Origin: Bdellovibrionota bacterium
GTDB lineage: Bacteria > Bdellovibrionota_C > UBA2361
Direction of reading: 5' to 3'
Length of the DNA stretch: 64,000 nt
NCBI GenBank assembly: GCA_044352465.1
Contig: JBILDU010000001.1
Coordinates: 84,211 to 148,210, forward strand
This document shows positions 59,401 through 64,000 of the stretch, one piece after another. The notes beneath the pieces were generated by a model that ran no database searches, had not been told where the DNA came from, and saw nothing but the letters and a program-made list of their open reading frames with translations. The position numbers were made by a program, and so were the translations under genes. Each line of letters starts with the position of its first letter. Position 1 is the first letter of the stretch.

Positions 59401-61509
59401 TTATCCTATAACTCGGCTTAGCGCTTGATAGGTGAGGAAGGCTGCCAGGTACGCAAGTGTTGTCATGTAGGTAAACATGAAGATCGGCCACCGCCATGAG
59501 TTAGTTTCGCGCCGGCAGACGGCGAGAGTTGACATGCATTGGCAAGCGAAGACGTAGAAGACCATGAGGGCGAGCGCCGAGGCGAGGGTAAAAGTTCCTG
59601 CATCGCGCCGTTCCTCGAGCGCTTTGATGACCGGTCGAGACTCGTCGGACTCGTCAGCTTCAAGGTTGTATACCGTGGCCAGCGAGGCGACAAACACCTC
59701 TCGTGCCGCGAAAGAGGCGAGGATGCCGACCCCGATCTCCCAGTTAAATCCGAGCGGCCGAATCGCTGGCTCGATGGCGTGACCGATTTTTCCGGCATAG
59801 CTTTCCTCGACCTTGTCGGAGGGGAAGGCGGCGAGAAACCATAAAACGATCGAGCACGCTAAGATCATGGTGCCGGCGCTCTTTAAAAAGAGAACAACCC
59901 GATCGATGACGTCGCGCAAAACCATTTTCATCGCTGGAAGGCGAAAAGGCGGCATCTCCATAACAAAGAGGGCCGGGGTGCCCCGGAGGAGCGAGGCCTT
60001 TAATAGCCACGCAACGAGGGCCGCTCCAGCGATGCCGAGAAGGTACATTCCGAGCAGGACGAGGCCCTGAAGTGAGATAAAGCCAAGGTAAAGCTTACTC
60101 GGAATGAATGCCGCGATGAGCAGAGCGTAAACGGGGAGGCGTGCACTGCAGCTCATGAGAGGCGCGATGAGTATCGTGGTCAGGCGGTCGGCAAAAGAGG
60201 GGATGGAGCGGGCCGACATAATACCCGGAATCGCGCAGGCAAAGGAGCTGAGGAGTGGGATAAAAGAGCGCCCTTGAAGGCCGACTTTGCGCATGATTCG
60301 GTCCATGAGGAATGCGGCGCGGCAGAGGTACCCGGTTTCCTCGAGGATGCCGAGGAACAAAAAGAGGATGGCGATTTGGGGGACAAAGATAACAACGCTC
60401 CCGACCCCAGCGATGACTCCGTCAACGAGGAGACTTTCGAGCTTGCCGTCGGGCATCGATGCTTTCACAAAGGTCCCGAGCTGGGCGAACGCCGAGTCGA
60501 TGAGGTCCATCGGGGCGCTCGCCCACAAGAAGATCGCTTGAAAAATAACGGTCATCACGCCGAGGAAGATGAGACTTCCCCAAATTTTATGGGTGATGAG
60601 CGCATCGCAACGCTCAGCCCAGCGCCGTTTGTCGGAGTGAGCTTGGACACACGAATTTTTGACGACCTGGTTAATCCACTGGTAACGGGCGGTCGCCTCA
60701 AAACTCATTGCATCGAGTCCGTGGTGGGCGAGGTCGGCTCGTGCCTCGAGAACCGCGTTCCGCATCGCCTCGGAGCTTCCCTGGCTCGATTCGCTGAGGA
60801 GCGCCGTTCCGATGAGAAGGCTCGGAATCGTTGGGCGGGCGTGGCCCGCAAGTTGGGCCGCGGTACCGAGCTTCGTGGCTCTGTCGGTAAAGGGGGATTC
60901 CGGTGGAAGCCATTGAAATGTCGGGGCGGGGGTAACGTGACGTCCGTTTGCGACCCGCTCGATCTCGGCGCGCAGAACTTCGAGTCCGCTACCTTTGCTC
61001 GCCGTGAGCGGCACGACCGGCACGCCAAGGAGTCGCCCGAGGATCTCGGTGCGTATCGTGAGTCCGCGCTCGGCAGCGATATCGCTCATGTTGAGGGCGA
61101 CGATTATCGGCCGGCCAAGATCGATTAGTTGCGTTGTCAGATACAGGTTGCGTTCAAGATTGCTTGCGTCGAGGACGGCGACGATAAGGTCCGGTAATTG
61201 CTCGCCTTCGATTTGTCCGAGGAGGGCGGCCGTGGCTATTTGTTCGTCGAGGGAATTCCCGGAGAGGCTATAAATGCCCGGAAGATCGAGGAGTCGAGCG
61301 TTCTCTACTCCCGGAAGGGCGATCGCTCCGATCTTTTTCTCGACGGTAACCCCAGGGTAGTTGGCGACTTTATACCGCAGGCCGGTAAGCCCATTAAAAA
61401 TGGTTGTTTTGCCGCAATTCGGATTGCCCGCGAGTGCCACCGTATACGGCGATCCCGAAGAGTGCACTCCGCTCGGTGCGCGAGGTGTTGATGACTGCGC
61501 TGACGACAT
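59401..61509 (-). CDS. feoB: ferrous iron transporter B
   Basis: N-terminal G-protein domain (GNPNCGKTTIFN) followed by the polytopic permease domain. 702 aa. Confidence 0.9.
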   Translation of the reverse strand: MSSAQSSTPRAPSGVHSSGSPYTVALAGNPNCGKTTIFNGLTGLRYKVANYPGVTVEKKIGAIALPGVENARLLDLPGIYSLSGNSLDEQIATAALLGQIEGEQLPDLIVAVLDASNLERNLYLTTQLIDLGRPIIVALNMSDIAAERGLTIRTEILGRLLGVPVVPLTASKGSGLEVLRAEIERVANGRHVTPAPTFQWLPPESPFTDRATKLGTAAQLAGHARPTIPSLLIGTALLSESSQGSSEAMRNAVLEARADLAHHGLDAMSFEATARYQWINQVVKNSCVQAHSDKRRWAERCDALITHKIWGSLIFLGVMTVIFQAIFLWASAPMDLIDSAFAQLGTFVKASMPDGKLESLLVDGVIAGVGSVVIFVPQIAILFLFLGILEETGYLCRAAFLMDRIMRKVGLQGRSFIPLLSSFACAIPGIMSARSIPSFADRLTTILIAPLMSCSARLPVYALLIAAFIPSKLYLGFISLQGLVLLGMYLLGIAGAALVAWLLKASLLRGTPALFVMEMPPFRLPAMKMVLRDVIDRVVLFLKSAGTMILACSIVLWFLAAFPSDKVEESYAGKIGHAIEPAIRPLGFNWEIGVGILASFAAREVFVASLATVYNLEADESDESRPVIKALEERRDAGTFTLASALALMVFYVFACQCMSTLAVCRRETNSWRWPIFMFTYMTTLAYLAAFLTYQALSRVIG

Positions 61510-61576
61510 GAAACTCGTTTCACTCAGTGACTGCGACTAACTCGGCGTGAAGTCGCTGGGGCGCTCTCTTGTCGGC

Positions 61577-61861
61577 TTAGGCGAGCGCGACCTCTACGTG
61601 ACGCGCCTCCGAGCGACGCAAGGAAAGGCTGTATCCCAACGCTTGAATCTTCATCGGATCTCCCAGCGGGGCTATCGACAGGACCTCGATCTTTGTTCCA
61701 CTGACGATTCCCATCGAGAGAAGTTTGTTACAGAGCGTTTTATTCTCGTTTGAAACTCCGACGACAACCCCTTTCTTACCGCTCGGGATTGAGTCGAGGG
61801 TGGCCCGGCGCTCCGGTACCGACAAGTCGCTAGAGACATCGAGAGCCAGAGCGTTTGCCAT
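61577..61861 (-). CDS. feoA: ferrous iron transport protein A
   Basis: About 94 aa from the internal Met (MANALALD...). FeoA SH3-like motif LLSMGIVSGTKIEVL. Sits upstream of feoB. Confidence 0.7.
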   Translation of the reverse strand: MANALALDVSSDLSVPERRATLDSIPSGKKGVVVGVSNENKTLCNKLLSMGIVSGTKIEVLSIAPLGDPMKIQALGYSLSLRRSEARHVEVALA

Positions 61862-62084
61862 ATCGAGACCTCGAAAATGAGAGACTGAGAAAACGAGAAA
61901 CCTAGAAAATAGGGCTCTGTTTTTTATAAAAATCTTTGCTCGTGAGTAATTGAGAGGTTTTGGGCCGGACCTCCAATAACGAGCCAACTCTGGTAACCCT
62001 AGGGCAGATATGGGTGGTGTGTCAAGTTGTTGGTTGGGGTTGCGCTTGTTTGCTATATCAAGCGCTAATCTTGATTAGTTTAGT

Positions 62085-63095
62085 CTAGTTAGGGTGAGTC
62101 TTGGGAATGCGCGGCACCTTTGTAGGGTCGTTAATGCCCCGCTCACGGTAAGAGCGGGCATCTTGGGGGGTAAAGCCCAGGGATTGCCATTTAACCGCCT
62201 CCAGGGGATCGAGTCCGGCACGTAACCATAGGGTAGCCTCAGTAGCCGAAAAGCCGGCCTCTTTCCAGGTAACCATAACGGCTGGTAGTTCGATCCCGCC
62301 TTTGCGCCATAAGGCTGCTTCGGCTGGGTCGGTGCCGTAAGCACGCCAGTATCCTGCATCGGTCGGGGTAAAGCCCTGATTGAGCCACTTAGCTCCCTCT
62401 TGTTCAACGAATTCAACCGTGAGGAACGTAAGTCCCCCCCGAAACGGCGCGGTCAGGATGTTGATGTCGTGAACTTGAGTGAGAGCGAGCGGGGAGAGCT
62501 TGGCGCACTCCGTGCCGAATCCGGCGAGGAACGTGGGGCCAAGATCATTTTCCGGATTGGTGAGGGCTTGGGAGGCGGTGTAGGTCAATTCGACTTCGGC
62601 GAGTAGTCGGGGCTCTAAGCCGCGGTGATAGGCGGTGAATTCGGTAAGCTTCATCGCCTCACCGAACTGGATATTGCCTAGGCAATAGAAGTGGCTTGCT
62701 ACCTTCATACGGGCAAGGCACGCGCAAAGCACCTGCAGCTCGTCCCGCGGTAGTGTTGCGAGGTCGCCCCGACTTGTTGCGCGGCTACAGACATCGCTGA
62801 CCCAGCGCAACTCTGGCTTCATCGCATCAAGCATATCGAGCGCCCTTTTCGCGTCGAACGTGCCTGGAGTGGTCCAATGCGCGGCAAACAGAGGAGAGCC
62901 TTGAAAGAGTTCGTTAAGCCACTGCCCGATTCTTTGAAGCGCCTCCCCGCTCCGTTGGAGCTCTTGAGGGTCTACGCCAGGGACGCCGAAATCCGAGAGT
63001 ACTTTAAAAAAGACGTAGCGCCCCTGGTAGCTTGAGCGGAGGTAGTTGAGCACGGAGAGGGAGTACTCAATGTCAGGGGTTAGGGTCGTTTTCAC
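62085..63095 (-). CDS. hypothetical protein with C-terminal 13-14-aa tandem Trp-Gly repeats
   Basis: 336 aa. Residues ~225-320 hold 6-7 tandem units of the form W-x3-G-(F/L)-x-P-x2-A-x2 (AKWLNQGFTPTDAGY, WRAYGTDPAEAAL, WRKGGIELPAVMV, WKEAGFSATEATL, WLRAGLDPLEAVK, WQSLGFTPQDARS). Confidence 0.45.
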   Translation of the reverse strand: MKTTLTPDIEYSLSVLNYLRSSYQGRYVFFKVLSDFGVPGVDPQELQRSGEALQRIGQWLNELFQGSPLFAAHWTTPGTFDAKRALDMLDAMKPELRWVSDVCSRATSRGDLATLPRDELQVLCACLARMKVASHFYCLGNIQFGEAMKLTEFTAYHRGLEPRLLAEVELTYTASQALTNPENDLGPTFLAGFGTECAKLSPLALTQVHDINILTAPFRGGLTFLTVEFVEQEGAKWLNQGFTPTDAGYWRAYGTDPAEAALWRKGGIELPAVMVTWKEAGFSATEATLWLRAGLDPLEAVKWQSLGFTPQDARSYRERGINDPTKVPRIPKTHPN

Positions 63096-63512
63096 GTCGA
63101 GTAGTAACTTTATATGGCCTTTGTGGCGCGAGCTCCGGGTTCATTGCCACCAAAACCGCAGAGCGGGGGGCTTAGCCCTGATAAGACTATCGGCGCACCG
63201 CACGATGAGCTTCACCGGGTAGTCGGCATCCTCGACTGGCCCTTATTGACGGCGGTTCTTGGCTAAGCTCCTCGGTAAAAGCAGAGTGGTCAGATTTACG
63301 GCCCCGTCCGGTATTTTTAATGGGTGGGGCTAGTTATTTCAGCCTCTTGCGGCAGTCCGGCATCGGGTGAGTTCTCTAGGCCGCTAAAAGCGCTGAGGGC
63401 GTGAGGATTTAGAAAACGATTTGAAAAATAATCCTTATGTAATTTTGTCATGTTACACTAACGGCTGTAGGAAATTTTTAACCACCTTGAAATTAGTGTG
63501 GACACTCGATAG

Positions 63513-63567
63513 GTGCACACATATACCTAGTATGTTGGGTGGTCGAGAGACACAACATATAGTGATT
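63513..63567 (+). promoter_or_regulatory. candidate pair of NrdR-box-like palindromes upstream of the nrd gene
   Basis: ACACATATACCTAGTATGT and ACACAACATATAGTGAT lie in an AT-rich leader and resemble the NrdR operator consensus acaCwAtATaTwGtgt. The match is imperfect. Confidence 0.3.
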
Positions 63568-63773
63568 CGGTGGGTAGTTTTGGCGCCGCAGTCACTAAAG
63601 ATAACGAAAAATAGAACAAAAGTTTGGCCATCGGGTGTGGTCGCGGGCTTGTTTTGTCTTCAGTCGTGAGTGGGTGTCGCTCGGAAGCCGAGCTTACGTT
63701 GTAAACACGAAATACGGCGTAAATTAGGATAGCGAGCAAACTAGAAAAGCGCAGTTGAGGGGAGAGGCGGTTA

Positions 63774-64000
63774 TGGCTACGGAAACTATCGATGTTCAAA
63801 AAACGGCGGGCACTGTGGACGCGAAGTCTGCAATCGGAAGCTCTTCGTTGGCCCGCTCCGCAGGGGAGCGCGCGGCGGGGCAACCGCTGCCGTCGGAGCA
63901 AGAGCGGCTGAGCTGCTTTACCGTGGTGAAGCGCAACGGCATGCTCGTGCCGTTTCGGCGCGATAGAATTTTTAGCGCTATCGAAGCGGCCTTCCGTGCG
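63774..64000 (+). CDS. ribonucleotide reductase large subunit, N-terminal ATP-cone (5' partial, runs off the window)
   Basis: Translation MATETIDVQK...CFTVVKRNGMLVPFRRDRIFSAIEAAFRA contains the ATP-cone signature V.KRNG...PF...KI..AI..A. There is no stop before the window ends. Confidence 0.6.

Overview
This 64-kb window comes from a high-GC (about 58-60%) bacterial chromosome. It is mostly core metabolism. I saw no rRNA, tRNA or CRISPR. Recognisable genes, in order: cytochrome c oxidase subunits III and IV, glyQS-type glycyl-tRNA synthetase, a short GNAT overlapping argC, menaquinone genes menF-menD then menB-menA-menE, the imuA-imuB-dnaE2 mutagenesis cassette, rimK, an MFS transporter, nhaA, a TPP-riboswitch-controlled thiS-thiC-thiE/tenI-thiD-thiE-thiG-thiH-thiF operon, csrA, a zinc alcohol dehydrogenase, slyD and feoA-feoB. 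A ribonucleotide-reductase gene runs off the right edge. The best candidates for something undescribed are these. (1) A roughly 6.3-kb insertion splits the menaquinone cluster between menD and menB. It opens with a structured 100-bp tandem repeat that recurs, inverted, about 12 kb away. It carries an LD-carboxypeptidase, a low-GC Cys-rich secreted mini-protein, a 695-aa protein with a clear C-terminal PD-(D/E)xK nuclease motif set, and a DUF1653-GNAT fusion. (2) A 1308-aa secreted protein with a Lipase_2-type domain is followed 16 nt later by a 499-aa helical partner. This could be a lipase/foldase or a toxin/immunity pair. It lies divergent to (3), an unusually long CsrA that reads as two degenerate CsrA halves fused in one chain. 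Smaller items: an unannotated 55-aa FeoB-associated Cys-rich membrane protein coupled 4 nt after feoB, a 22-bp perfect palindrome between divergent genes for secreted CarbopepD_reg-domain proteins, and candidate NrdR boxes upstream of the truncated nrd gene. All functional calls come from motifs I read in the translated ORFs; I ran no searches.
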